Assembly (NCBI RefSeq): GCF_009834535.1
Contig: NC_045696.1
Location: forward strand, 10,108,001 to 10,172,000
Direction: 5' to 3'
Length of the DNA stretch: 64,000 nt
From: Camelus ferus
Lineage: Eukaryota
A model generated the notes under the pieces. It saw only the letters and a program-made list of their open reading frames with translations, was not told the DNA's origin and searched no databases. Positions 37,394 to 51,100 of this stretch are shown piece after piece (position 1 is the stretch's first letter; each line of letters starts with the position of its first letter). The position numbers and the translations under genes were made by a program.

Positions 37394-37457
37394 CATATCT
37401 GTGCTAAAACAGGTTGAGGTAATCCAGATTGAAAAAAAAAGTTTCTAGCTTGATCAC
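37394..37457 (-). CDS. ITSN1: ITSN1 exon 4 (64 nt), [21 protein letters not shown] (EH1)
   Basis: Acceptor ttcacag, donor gtaagt; manual translation is in frame; too short for the ORF track. Confidence 0.96.
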
Positions 37458-38460
37458 CTGTGAATTAAATGGAAAAAGTTTCAGAAGAAAACAGCAGCTG
37501 AGAGATATCCTCTTATGGCAAAATTACAAAAAGGAGGAGGCTAATAATCCTGTAAATACTGAACTGAATACATTTTGAAAGCCAAATGGTAAGCTTATAA
37601 GCAACAGTCAAATGAACCCAACAGCAATGACTTCAGAAATTAACACTTAACAAAAGTCACCTCAAAAAAAAACATACCATTTTGTAGAGGTAGACTGTCC
37701 ACCTTAATCAATCTGCTGGCAACTAAGATGGTAACAGCTACACATTATGACAAAGTGCACCTACAGGATCCTCGAGAAACTGATGACCCATATGTCTACT
37801 TTATAGGAAAGTTCTTTGCCACTCCCAATCATCTACACTTCAAATTTTTGGTACTTTTAATATATTTATGAAGAGTAAGTAACAATGATTAAAAGACCAC
37901 ATCTATGACTAAGAGTTAATAAGCTAATGAGAACTATGAGACAAACACACACAAAAACAAGTCCCCAGGAAACCTACATCTCATTTTTTTTACTAAAGCT
38001 AATTCCTGAAGAGTCATCGAAGAGGAAAGACACTAGAAAGGCAAAGTACAAAAGAATCTTTAGGGACACAGAAATAGACAGATTCTTTTTTTTTCTTATG
38101 TTCAGAATCTGTTAATTTACTTAAGTTTCTCAATCCAGTTCAGGATCAGAATTAAAGAAGTGTTTTTGCTCAAGGACAACAGGCCAATGCTACATTACTT
38201 AAAGAATGTGGTCCATTAACCTTAACCAATTCCCATCAGTGATATGTTTGAAACAAGTGACCTGGCATCCATTAAGGACAGCAAAAAGGGCTTGAGTACA
38301 CTGGAGGTAAAGCAACTGTGAAAATCCAGACCCCAGGCTAAGGCAAAATAGGTAAACTGCCCCCTCAGTCATATGTGCCCACCTTCACTCTGCATAAGAG
38401 ATTTTCCACAGAAATATGCACTGCGATAAGTAAAAATGTACAAATACTGACTCCAATTAC

Positions 38461-38553
38461 CAGTAATAAATCCAGATATTGGCTTTAAACTATGGAACTG
38501 TTGGTCATGCTTCGCTCTTTCCTCTACAGTTATGGCCCAAATATCCAGGCTGC
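38461..38553 (-). CDS. ITSN1: ITSN1 exon 3 (93 nt), [30 protein letters not shown], start of EH1
   Basis: Acceptor ttgtag, donor gtaatt, phase 1 to 1; overlaps ORF 38369..38626. Confidence 0.97.
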
Positions 38554-40556
38554 CTACAATCCAAAGAAAAGACAAAGAATTATTCGAGGAGAAAAAAAAC
38601 AAAGTGTGCACACACACTGTTTCCATAGTACTTTAAGATTCTGTCATTATGTTACAAATGATTTGATAAATTAACATCTGTTCATCCTTGGAAGTTATGA
38701 AGATAAAATTAGAAAACTAAGAGTAAAGCAAGCCAAAAAAAAAAAAGACACTGGCACAAATTCTTTTTTAAAAAACTTACCCCATATCCCTAAAGTTAGC
38801 AGGATTGTATGAAAATATAAATTAATAATCATCATTTATTTACATAAACTTCAGCAATAATCTAATTTAAAACAGCATTTTCAGATGTCCTAAATGCCCC
38901 AAGTAAAAGTTATGGAAAAACTGAGCTTCACAATTAGTATCTTATGAGATTCCCTAAGAATCTTTTTGGGGTGATAAAAATATTGAACTACTAGATTGTA
39001 GTGAATTTTACGGTACATAGATTATAACTCACTGAAGCTGTTTTTATAAATGGGTATCCTGGAAAAAAACAAATGATGGCAAAGTAAAGGGAAAGGGCCT
39101 TAGGTTCTTCTTCAGCGTCGGCTCTTGGACTGACCAGATAGATAATCTCTCGTTTGAGATCATCGTCACTGGAGTGCTAGGTCTCCTCAAATGAATTCAC
39201 CAAAATACCTGTAGACTACATAGGTAGAAAGCTTCCAAAAGTTCAGAAATTTTCCAAAAAGGTGGGAAGAGGCAATATGTGAAGGGCAGTATGTGACGGT
39301 GCCTAGCACACAAGCAAAATGTCTAAACACTGTGTCTCCCCTCTCTGCAGGGTTTGGTATGACAGCGACAGGTGGAGCAGTGGTTCATTCAGGCCCTGCA
39401 AACAGACTTGCCTGACGCCTCCTGTGTGCCAGGCACTGCCTTAGACATTCGGGATAAAATGGTGCCTGAGACAGATATGATCCCTTCCCTCACAGGCCTG
39501 ACAGCCCTGCAACTTCTACTGCCCTGTCAGAATTCGTCCCTGCAATTATAAACAGAAGCAAAGCCTTCAAACCAACAGACAAAACAAAAACAAACAAGCA
39601 AATAAAAAAAGCTTGCTCAGTAATTAAGTTGGGGACAAAAACAAAACACAAAATAAAACAAGAACACTAATGGTTTTGAAAAGGTGGCAGACTTCTGTAC
39701 CAGCACATCACTTTTACAGATGTGATCACAGGGCTGGTGCTTTGTGCCGACTTACTCTCTTCATGATGACTAGGTTAGACAGCTGCCAAGAGAAATTCAT
39801 TAACATGGCATGCTCCCTTTTAAAACAGAACAAAACAAAAACTGGGCCAGGAAGCAAAATCAACATTTAACACTTTCCTAATAATGTTAGGAAAAATTAC
39901 CTGAAAAACACATCTTATGCAGATTGATGTTTCAAGCAGATAAACTAAAGTAAAAATAAAACAAACAAAACTGCCATGCTTTAAATCCAGTCTTCAGAAA
40001 AAGTATAGAAGAAATGACCCCGTCACTTGAAACTTGAACAAAATAAATTGAAAAAAAAAAAAAACAAAACAAAGTCAAAACAAACAAACAACAGCGATGG
40101 AAGGGGATTCACTAATGAAACAACTTAGAGGAGACACGTGAACTAACACAATGTGTGTCTCTTGTTCAGATCTTGATTTGAACAAACCAACCATACCCCA
40201 AAAAATATCTAAAGACTATCAGGGAAATTATAACAGACTTGATAGTTGAAGACATTAAGGACTTACTGTAAATTGTGTAGGTGTGATAATGGTATTGGAA
40301 TTATATCTTTAAAAGTGTTATCTTTTAGAAACATACACAAGTATTTGTGGGTGATATGACCTGATGTCTGGGAGTTGCTCAAAAGAATCCAGACGAAACA
40401 ATATTGGCCATGAGTGGATAGTCACTGAAACTTTATGATGGGTTGATTATATTTTTCCCTCTACATATGTGTACATCTGAAATTTGCCACAATACCGAGT
40501 TTTTAAAAATATGGTTCCAAAGTAAATGAAAAAAAGGGAAATCTTTTTAAACTTAC

Positions 40557-40584
40557 CACCAAAAGGTGTTGGAAACTGAGCCAT
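40557..40584 (-). CDS. ITSN1: ITSN1 first coding exon (exon 2), CDS part MAQFPTPFG(G); whole exon 40557-40616 includes 32 nt of 5'UTR
   Basis: Strong Kozak context ACCATGG at 40584; acceptor ...ttacag at 40617-40618; donor G|gtaagt; 28 coding nt. Confidence 0.96.
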
Positions 40585-40909
40585 GGTTCTGTTACTTTCA
40601 CCTTGCTAATCGACGCCTGTAATTGAAATGCAATATTTTAAGTTTATGAAAACCTCATTCTTAGATACTTATAAATCCACTAATGACTGAAGACTGATAC
40701 CTGAGCTAGGGTATAGCACTGAGAATGAAAGTTACAACTAAGGGTTCATTCATTCATTCCTTGGCTGCACAGTTTCTCAGGGCCAGGTGCAGTGATGGGC
40801 ACTGCAGAACGTAGATGAAAGACTCTTTCGCAACAAGAAGCTTTCACTCTGGTAACTGATAACAGCGCAGGGCAGCCTAGTCCATCTACGTGACAGTTAT
40901 AACAACAGC

Positions 40910-41041
40910 TTTTTTTTTTTTAATATACTTTTTTTTGAGTTTTGGTTCTTTGTGTTTTTTTTAATGGAGGTACTAGGGAGTGAACCTAAGACCTCGCGCA
41001 TGCTAAGCATGTGCTCTATCACTGAGCTATACCCTCCTCCC
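40910..41041 (-). mobile_element. tRNA-Ala-derived SINE (Vic-1-like), copy 8
   Basis: Reverse-complement tRNA head; TSD aacaac(a/t)gct. Confidence 0.92.
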
Positions 41042-42529
41042 AACAACTGCTCTTTCTTTTTTTTAAGAATCAACAGAATGCAGTAATCCAATCATAAAGG
41101 ACAGTCCAACGTGCTTACACATATTCAAGAAATCAATCTGCTCTTTTTAATGAGCACGTAGTACATGCTGTGCACTGTACTAGGTGATTTATAGTTCTTA
41201 CCTCTTTCCGTCAAATCGCACCCCTATGACATAGGTACTATATTACCATCCCTAAATTACACACAAACAAAATGAGATCGGAGAGCTGAAGTGGTTAGAG
41301 CAATACCACACATCCGGTGACCAAGCTCGATTTGAGCAGGGGCAACAAATTCCACGTAGCCTGTGTTGCACTCATGAAAAACATCGTCTGCGATCGCTGC
41401 TTAAAGATTTAGAGAAAGGCCGTAAACAATGCACACTGTATTAGTGCCTGCCCAGCACACCAAACCCAAACCCGGCTCAAAGATCCTCATCAGGCATTAT
41501 TTGTTCATGAACAGTCAGTGTGAAACCAAGCCAGTCCTCTTCCTCAACTAAAAAATTCAAACTTAATATCTTTCCTTATGCTTAATTTATCAACATGATA
41601 AATGTACACAGTTAGAAATGAATAATAGTCACAGAAAAAAATTAGATAAATTTAGAACTAAAAAATGACAGTCCCTTGCCCTAATACTCCTCAATTTCAT
41701 CTGTCCACAAAATTTTAAATTTCCAAAAGCTCCTTCTTATTCTCAACTATTTATTCCTAGTGTTCTTCCCCTCTCCTCCCTTTTTAAAATGGATACAACT
41801 TCTTTTATTCTTCTGCTTTTTTTTAATTTATTTTACTCTTAGTTTACTTCTGTTTCTTGCATCATTTGATTCCTTTTTTGTTTGTTGGCTTGTAAGTTGT
41901 TTTGGATCATTCTTTCACTTTTGAGGTTTTCCTCTTATTATCTGGTGATCATTGGGTGCACCTTCATATTTAACAATGAGGCACTAAAAGATGCTCAGAA
42001 GCTGGGAGTGGATGGCAGATTTGTTGACGGATGAGCTTATTCATATGATGATCAAATATATCCAGTCCTTTTTCACTGGAAGACCCCCTAAGGTTAGTAT
42101 GTAGAGGTTTTTTTGTTTTTTTTATTGAAGCTATTCAACTAGATGTGGTGGTTCAGCTGGCTTCTGGGGAGGAGTGGAGAAAGGCGAAGGAGATGAGAGG
42201 CCTACACTTCAGTGGGTGGACTTGGATATAATCCCTTTATTTTCACCCCTCTAGTCTGGAGCATCTGGTCTAGTGCTCTTTCTATCTCTCCAGGAAGACG
42301 GGGACTGAAGTAGTCACCCATCTGCTGGGGGTGCAGGAAAGAATGGTTCAAAAGATCTGGAAACAGACTTTTAAAGAATTTCCATTTTCAGTTGGAAAAC
42401 TGGCATGTGCCTTTGGGAATGCCAGGAACCTCCAAGCATTCTGAAGCCTGGGGCAAACTGGTTTGATCTCATCTTTATCTGTAGGCACTAGGTTATCCTC
42501 CTCTGAACTCAAAGTACCACTCCTTTCCA

Positions 42530-43800
42530 AAGTTGGAAAGTTGGATGATTTATTACCTGATTTCAAGATTTACTATAAAGCAACACAACTGAGACCATGT
42601 GGGATTAACACAAAGGCAGACATACCAGGTCAATGGGACAGAAGAGTTCAGAAATAAATTTACACATTTTTGGTGAATCCATTTTTTGTAAAGTGGCAAA
42701 GGACAAATCACTGGGGAAACAATGTCTTTTCAACACACAGAAGTAGATCAACTGGATATCCATGTTGGGGGGAGTGGAAAGAAAAGGAAAAAATAACAAC
42801 AACAATAATCAAAAAAACCGCTGATCCTTACTTCACAAAATACATAAAAATTCATTAAAAATGGAGCAAAATTTTGTACTGGCCAAATTTAAAACAACAT
42901 AGTTTCACATTAAAAAATTTCTAAAAGATAGAATATCTTCACGACCATGGGCTAGGAAACAATTTCTTAGGACACAAAAAAGCATAATTTATTTAAAAAA
43001 AAAAAAAAAAGAGAGAGTGCAAAACTAGGCTTCACCAAAATGAAATGTTAGCTCTTCAAAATATGCCATTAACAAAAACAAAAAGGCAAGCCATAGACTG
43101 GGAAAAAAATATGTGCAACATATACAGCAGACAAAGGAACTGTATTCAGAATATATAAAGAACACTTACAACTTAAAAATAGTAAGACAAGTAACTTAGG
43201 AAATTGATAAGAGATATAAAGAGACACTTCACAAAATAACTCACAAAGATGGCCAATAAATATATAAAAAGATACTCAACATCATTAGACACTAGGGAAA
43301 CTAGACCAAAGTGATGTGCCACTGTATTTCCACTAGAATGGAGAACATGGAAAAGACTGACCACACCGTCTGTGCTGGCAAAGATGTGGAACAGTGGGAC
43401 TCTCAGGCACTTCTTGGTGGGAATGTAAAGTGGTATAATCACTTTGGAAAACAGTTTCATCAAAAAGTTATATGGCTACCATTCGACTCACTCTACTTCT
43501 ATATATTTAGCTAACAGAAATGAAAAGTCATGTCCACAGGAAGATTTCTATATAAACATTCATGTAGGCTTTATTTTTAAGAGTCAAAAACTAGCAACCC
43601 AAACAACTGATGAATAGATAAACAGTGATATATCCACACAAGGAAATACTACTTAGCAATAAAAAGAAACCAATTGTTGCTATAAGCAATAACATGTATG
43701 AATGTCAAAATTACTATGCTTAGTGAAAGAAGTCAGGGGTGTGTGTGTGTGTGTGTGTGTGTGTACACACACCCAGTATGATTCCATTTTTGTAAAACTT
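42530..43800 (+). mobile_element. Old L1M ORF2 3' part and 3'UTR
   Basis: tttcaagatttactataaagcaaca and ggtgggaatgtaaagtggta motifs. Confidence 0.85.
43739..43773. repeat. (GT)n microsatellite followed by a short (AC)n
   Basis: Read directly from the sequence. Confidence 0.9.
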
Positions 43801-43889
43801 TTTTTTGTAAAATTTTTTTAAACAAATTTCTAGAATTTTTATGAAAGTGTTTTTAAAAATTTTTTTACAAGAATGTTAAATTAAGGAGT

Positions 43890-44920
43890 TTATAATTACC
43901 TCACATGACTCAATAGCAAAATAACAACAACAAATTTTAAATGGGCAAAGGACCTAAACAGATACGTTACCAAAGAAGTCATACAAATGGCTAACAAGCA
44001 CACTGAAATGGCGCTCAGCATCACTAATGATCAGAGAAATGCAAATCAGAAACACAGTGAGATATCACCTCATACCAGTTAGGATGGCTACTATCAAAAC
44101 GACATGGGATAACAAATGCTGGCTAGGCTGTAGAAAAGGAAACCCTTCTGCACTGTTGGTGGGAATGTAAATTGGTGCAGCCCCTATGGAAAATAATATG
44201 GAAGTTTCTCAAAAAATTAAAATAGAACTACCATATGATCCAGCAGTCCCACTTCTGGGGGTATATCCAAAGGAAATGAAATCAATATCTCAAAGAGATA
44301 TATGAGCTCCCATGTTCACTGCAGCATTATTAACAACAGTCAAGACATGGAAACAACGTAAGTTGTCTGTGGATGGACAAACAGATAAGGAAAATGTGGG
44401 ATACATATACAATGCAATATTATTCAGCCTTAAAAAAAGAAGAAAATTCTGCCATTCATGACATGGATAAACCTGGAGGACATTTTGCTAAGTGAAATAA
44501 GTCAAACACAGACCAATACTAAGGATCTCACTTACATGTGAAATCTAAAATCATTGAACTCACAGAACCAGAAGGCAGAGCAGTGCTTGCCAGGAGTTGG
44601 GGGTAAGGAATGAGAAGACTTGGTCAAAGGGTACAAACTTTCAGTAACAAGATGAATAATTTCTGGGGATCTAATGTACAGCATGGTGACCACAGTTACT
44701 ACTACTGTATTGTAAACTTGAAATCTGCTAAGAGAATAGATTTTAAGTGCACTTACCATGTACATAAAAAAAAAGGTAACTATGTGAAGTGTGGATGTGT
44801 TAATTAGCCCGATTGTGGTAATCATTTCACAATGTATACATATACTGAATTATCATGTTGTATACCCTAAATCTATACTCTTTTTATTTGTCAATTATAC
44901 TTCAATAAAGCTGGGGTTAA
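43890..44920 (+). mobile_element. L1MA-like ORF2 end and 3'UTR (about 1 kb)
   Basis: cactgttggtgggaatgtaaattggtgcagcc...ctaatgtacagcatggtgac...tcaattatacttcaataaagctgg. Confidence 0.92.
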
Positions 44921-45023
44921 AATGAGTTTATAATTAAACAAAATAAATTATAGTTCACTGCAAAAATCTGTGTATGAGTGTGTGGGTGGAGAGAGAGAGA
45001 GAAATGTAAGTAACAAATGATAA

Positions 45024-45153
45024 TTTGGGGAGGTAATTATGTTAATTTATTATTGTTATTATTCATTTTTTAAATGGAGGTACCAGGGACTGAACCCAGG
45101 ACCTTGTGCATGCTAAACACTGCACTCTACCACTGAGCTATACTGTTAACCCC
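45024..45153 (-). mobile_element. tRNA-Ala-derived SINE (Vic-1-like), copy 9
   Basis: Reverse-complement tRNA head; TSD aacaaat(g/a)ataatt. Confidence 0.9.
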
Positions 45154-48100
45154 AACAAATAATAATTAACTAAAACTCCATTATTAAATGCTTACTACTA
45201 CACCTGACCCATATTAGCCAATTCAGCACTATTAATAACCCTATGGGTTAAACAATATTACTATCCCATCTTACAGATGTGCAACTAAAGCTCAGTTTAC
45301 ATACAGATATTAAATGACAGAAGAGAGTCAGTCTGGTTTCAGTGCTAATGTATATAACCTCATACTTTCAGAATTAAGAAGTTAATGGGACATTCATGAA
45401 GTAGTTAGCCTAGTAAACTAACCAGCGTGGAGCTGCAGGGTGAGGAGTGAGGGGATACTGTCCCAAGCAATAAAAGCCTTGGAAAACAAAACAAAACCAA
45501 AAAAACAAAGAAAGGGAAATCAAATGTGTCTGTTTTTTTTTAAGTGTCATAGCAGCACAGAGGAAACTGAATGGGGGAAATAAGTTTAACAGAATTTTGC
45601 CAGACAAGTTCAAAGAGCTTTTACTTCTCACACAAAAAAGTAAAGTGTAAGCATTTACCAAGTAAAAGGTGGAAGTCTTATTTTTTTTTAATCTAACAGA
45701 AAGCCCAGAGCAATTGAAAAAAAAAAAAAAAGTGACTGAAGTCACAAGTTCTACCCATATGATAGGATTTCAGCAGGGTAAGGTGGGTCACCTACACTGA
45801 AAACAAACAGAACCCCGAGAACCTATCTAGAGGTAAACAGAGAAGGGTGTTCTTCTCCCTAGGGTGCCTGGCCACACTGCTTGGGGAGCAGGGAGGCAGG
45901 ACTGCTGCCCTGGAACAAGTGCTTCTGGGGGATGATCTGTTCTTATAGACAGTGAAGGCAGCCACCATGCAGACAAGCGCGCCCAGCATTTCTGTATTAA
46001 CAGTTTGGTATTTTTATTTCCCGTTAGTCTTTTCTCTGCAAATACACAATTGTTTCCTTCTTTTGCACACTTTACATTATACATACTTTCCCCAAGTTAT
46101 TAAAATCTTTCATAAACATGTTGCAGGACTTATATTAATTTTTAGAGTGGGGCAAACTGTCCCATATTTACATATAAAAAAAACAGAAAAACATTCAGAC
46201 TAAATATTGAGCAATCCAGAAATAGGTAAACAGTAGTTTGAAAAGTTGGTTAAATGTTAGGATTTTTCAGCCAAAAGCTAAAATATATTTGAGAAAAGTC
46301 TTTAACCTTGATTCATTTCAGCTTCAGAAAGGAGAGCTAATTACAGAAAGTTATAAAAATACTGATTCCTAGTTTCAGTATTTATATTAAAATCTCCAAT
46401 GTTGATGTATTTAATGTAGATCTCTGTAAATGTATATTTATAAAATGGGTAGGTCGCCCTTAAAACAGTATTACAATGTTATTTTGCATGATTAACATTG
46501 TGTTAAAACAGGTTTGTTATTTGATTTAATATATTTTGCCATCACAAATAAAGGGAGATTAGAAAATATTAAATGATTTTTTTAAAAATAAAAACACAAA
46601 ACATGTATAATTGGTTTCTAGCACATAATAGTAAAATTAGCAGTTAAAAAGGCAAAATTTAATCATGAGGAAAAAAAATTTTTAACTCAGTTATTGGCAT
46701 AATTTAAAATTTTTACTTTATAATAATCAAACTATTTAAAACTTCTTTAAAAACAGGCTATGTAGTACTATTCTGTCAAATTTCCTGAAAGTCTAAAAAT
46801 TTTCTAATGTATTTTAAAATTAAGAGGAAAGGACAAATACAAAAACAAGTATCGAGACGAAATAAGGTAGTTCAAACTATTCATTCACAGAAAAATGAAA
46901 CTTCACAATTAGACGCAATCCAAATTAGCAGAATTCTAACCACCAAACAGGGCTAATTAAGAATTAATGCCCTAAAGACCAAAAGGAGATTATGAACATA
47001 CATCATCTGTTTCTTACTTAATTAATACCCAGTCCCTCACAAAAATCTTATAATCTTCTTATATAAATAAGGAAAACGAGCCCCAACAATTAGAGACAAG
47101 CAAAGGTTACAAGAGGGGCAGAGAGCCAGGCCGTGCTGGGGACCCTCTGCCGCTCGGACCATGTTGGTGGACTGTTAACCAGAGAACACCTGGTCTCAGC
47201 ATTTGAAGACACGCTTGGAGAGAAGGGATCTTATATCAAACGGAACATAGTAAGTGTATCAGGCTTACATTCTGCCTCCTATTCTCCGTAAATTTACAGC
47301 ATTCTGACAGTTCTAGATTGCAGGCAAATATGCCACCAGAGAAAGGCAAGCTAGCTAGACGGTATCAGAGGCCAGAGAGGTAAGGAAACAAGGGACCTAT
47401 TCTTCCCCATATTTAAAACAGACTTCATTTTTAGCTTAGATTTCAACAGGTCTCTTGTCTACACCCAGTTCACGGTGTCCTTTCCCCTTATTCAAGATAA
47501 TTTATTTGAAATACACTTCCATGGTACTAAGGCAATAAAGTTTAAATTTCTTATGAAGAAAAAAATTTTTTAATTTTGTTGGAAAATTGTTCAAAAGGTT
47601 TAATTTTAGGTTAAAGGATCTAGAGGATAGGAAGGTACAGAATAGAAATTTTAAATTTCTGGAAATTTGACATCAGTGAAACATTGAGAAAGAAAGGAAA
47701 GGAAAAGTGTTAAAATGTGGACAAAAAAAGAAAAAATATTATTAAGAGCTTAAAAGATATAAAAATACTCTTAGGAATATATAAAAGTACATAATACACT
47801 CATATCATGATATTGTCTGATAGTTGAGAGTTGTGGGGGTCTGATTTTTAGACATCGCTCTACCCCTATTCACCCCTGTTCCAGAACAAAAATTAAAAGG
47901 AATCACAGGAAACAAAACAAAAACCCTATTGTCTCTACATCTCTTACTTTTAGAGGCCTTTACATCTCCCAAAATTCAAAATTAGAAAAGCTTAAAGAGG
48001 GAAAATCAAAGGAAATCTCTTATTTAAAAAAAAAAAAGTCTGCAATAAATGAAAAACAGCTAAAAGAGCCTGTTTCCCCTGCTTTATAAGCACATCTTAC

Positions 48101-51100
48101 ACCAGATCCCACTCCTGTGAAAAATGAGCAGGAGGTGAACAAAAGGCAGAAAGTTGCCCTGTAAGATTACACATAAAGGCTGGATGTACACAAAGCTCTT
48201 TTGAAACACAGAGAAAAGGTACTGAAAGCCAAACAATAAATGGACAAAGGAACTGACAAATCCCAAACATACAGCCAAGCTGATCAATGCCGAACTGTCA
48301 TGTCTGGAGTCATGGGCCTCAAATGTAGCTTCTACGTGTGCTACTGTTTGAAGTTGAGCAAGGTGACCTGAAAGGGATGTGCAGCTTGGTTTACAAATAA
48401 GATTTTAAAACTGCATGAAGGGTGAGGAATCCAATAAAAAAAACAGAGAACCTTACTACTAAGTTCAAAGAGACACTGTCAGCGTTCTGTCTAAAATGCT
48501 GTAGTGAATACTCAAGTTGTCCTCTCAAAAGAGAACAGGCAAGCCTTCCAGACTGTTGTTGTTGGGGGAGTAAGGGGTCGCAGGGGATGGAGGTGAGAAG
48601 GGGAAGGGTCAGCAATGACCAGTGGCCAGCAATCACTGTCAGGCCCAGCTGTCAGCACATCGCTTGGCAACACTCACTGGCATTTCAAAAGACTGGTCCA
48701 TTTACTCCTGCTCACTTTCCACAAAGAGAAAGGCCAGGGTATTCGCCTACAGAGCTCAAGGAGCAGATTTTGACCCCAGTTCTTCTAAATCACCCTTCCT
48801 TTAATATTTGCAATAAGAGAGAATTTATCAGGGAGCAATAAAACCAAAACGTAGCTATAAAGTTGAAAAATGAGGGACAGCAAAACAAAGAGACAGAAAG
48901 GCATTTCTGTTTTAGGAGAGAAATGGAAATTAACCAGCCCCTCTCTGAAGCTTATTTCCACCTCTAGACCACCAACTAACTGCAAAGTAACATCTGAAAA
49001 GTAAGCTTGTCTTACTTTTAACCATAGCTTGTCTAACTTTTTTAAGAAATCAGATTCTACAGCACTATAGGATAGCTATTCATAAAACTTTGATAAAATA
49101 ATTGAGGGACTTTATTTCTTCCAGAAGGTCCCATTTTCAAGAGGGTCATTAAGAATAAAATTTTATCACAAGGTACTGAAAGCTGAAAAAGTAATTCCCG
49201 GAAAAAAACAGATTACCCCAAACCAAACAGCAAACAATAATTTTAAGAATCAATGAGTGGAAGAAGGGCACTTCAGATTTTTGTTTTAAACAAAAATTTA
49301 AGGAATTTCAAGATCATCAAAAAAATTAATGAAATTCTATAAATTTGACCTATTATCAACTCACTTTTCACTTCCTTCCTAAATAAAAATAAGTGGCCAA
49401 AATAGAAATTTCACAAGTAATTGTTAATACTTATCACTGTGAAAAAAAATGTAATGAACTAGGTAATGGGAGAACAAAATGTTGTCCTCTGTGTCATGTG
49501 GATAAATATGGTCACTAAAAAAAAGGAGATGATCTTAAGGTTTTCTTCCAAATAAAAATTGAATTTTCAACACATTACAAGGCAAATGCACACTTAAAAG
49601 AAAATATTAAAATAACTTCCATGTTACAGCACAAGAAATGATGTCACACTTAGTCTTAAGTCAACACAGTGTACTAACTGACTACTCTCACCTTTATCTC
49701 TAGGCAATTAACTTATAAACCTCTAAACACAGGGAACAACCAAGCCTGATTTTATCAGTTTGGCTGCAGGAACAGTGGTCATGGTTAGGCAGAGCAAAAT
49801 TTTAGAGAAAGCCTCAGTTTTAGAAAAGAAGTAAAAAAACTACCTAGAAAGCACTGATTGTGCAAAACAGCACTGCAACACTGAAAAGAGCAAGAAAGCA
49901 GGAAGGCTTCCTGCCGGATTTTTAAGCCTGCTTTGGCAAAAGCAGTTCAACAGCTGCAACCAGAGTTTACAGATTACAGTAAAGAAGAAATGAAACATAC
50001 GCATGCTGTACAGAAAACCACCATGCGCTAGTATTGATAAAATGCTCTACATTTGAATATATTCTTCAACATTAAATTGGCTACATGTAAGCCTTGAAAA
50101 GGAGATCTCTGACATCTTCACAGATGTAGTGCCACAATGGGCAGCAATGACAATTAAACCAACTCCTGATGCCAGCCAGCAAGTGGAAACCTCAAGGGAG
50201 ATTTGTTTTAATCTCTTATTAGAGTCTTCGCTAAGGACTGTTAAGTGTTTGCCCAATCAGGAGAAAAAGGAAATCTACATAGCTACCAATTGATAATCTG
50301 ATCCACGCAAAGATGCCGGCTGCCTCCTGTTACAGTTGAAGATTATTTAAAGAACGGGCGAAGTCCAAGGGAAAAGCCCTACTGCAACGTCACTGAAAAG
50401 TCACCGAGTGTCATGAATGAGAGTAAAGGACAATGCAGTCATTAACAAAAACCAACTGTGCCCTGCTAGTTGACCTAGAGGACTTCTATGCAGGACAAGA
50501 TTTATCACCACTAGGAAGTTTTAGGACTAAAAAAACTGTTCAATAACATTAGCATCACTAAAACGCTAAACAGACTGCAGCCAACAGAAAACCAGAGCAT
50601 CTGAGAAGGCAACAGATACATGATTCAAATCTTTAAGTTCACTTCACTTGACTGAATTACACTGAAATATATCTAAGCCTGAGAAAAAGGAGAAAAGCTG
50701 AAAAGAATCCTGGTCATCATTTACTCAATTGAGGATTTCACTCAATTTCTTTAAGTAGATCCGGTTATACCATTAAGGTACAGAAAGGAATCTTGGAAGT
50801 GTCTGTGATCTGGAATAAAATTTAAAACGAAGGAAACCTCAGACTTTCTCAATTTCATATTTTCTTTAAAATAGTTCAACTCTCATAATATGAAAAACTT
50901 TGTAGAGCCCAATTTTATTCTCAAGATGTAAATTACAACTCAGTTTATCTAGAATTACAATTCAGGCACATAACATAAAGTTGACTGCATTTAATTTCAA
51001 TATTGTGTAGTCCAGTAGAGCTATTAAGCTTCACAACTCCAAATAACATTCAAAAGATTTTGAAAAGATAACTATTGCTACTGAAGGGAAGAAAAGTTAA

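Noticed and set aside
37432..37440. T9 run in exon 4 as a possible frameshift
   Set aside because: It encodes FFF in frame, and the 64-nt exon length keeps the phase.
43173..44825. 90-100 aa ORFs in the L1 region
   Set aside because: Chance ORFs in decayed L1, mostly antisense; no intact ORF1 or ORF2.
48084..48985. 139-aa ORF 48422..48841 and neighbouring ORFs
   Set aside because: No recognisable protein similarity, splice structure or retrocopy hallmarks.
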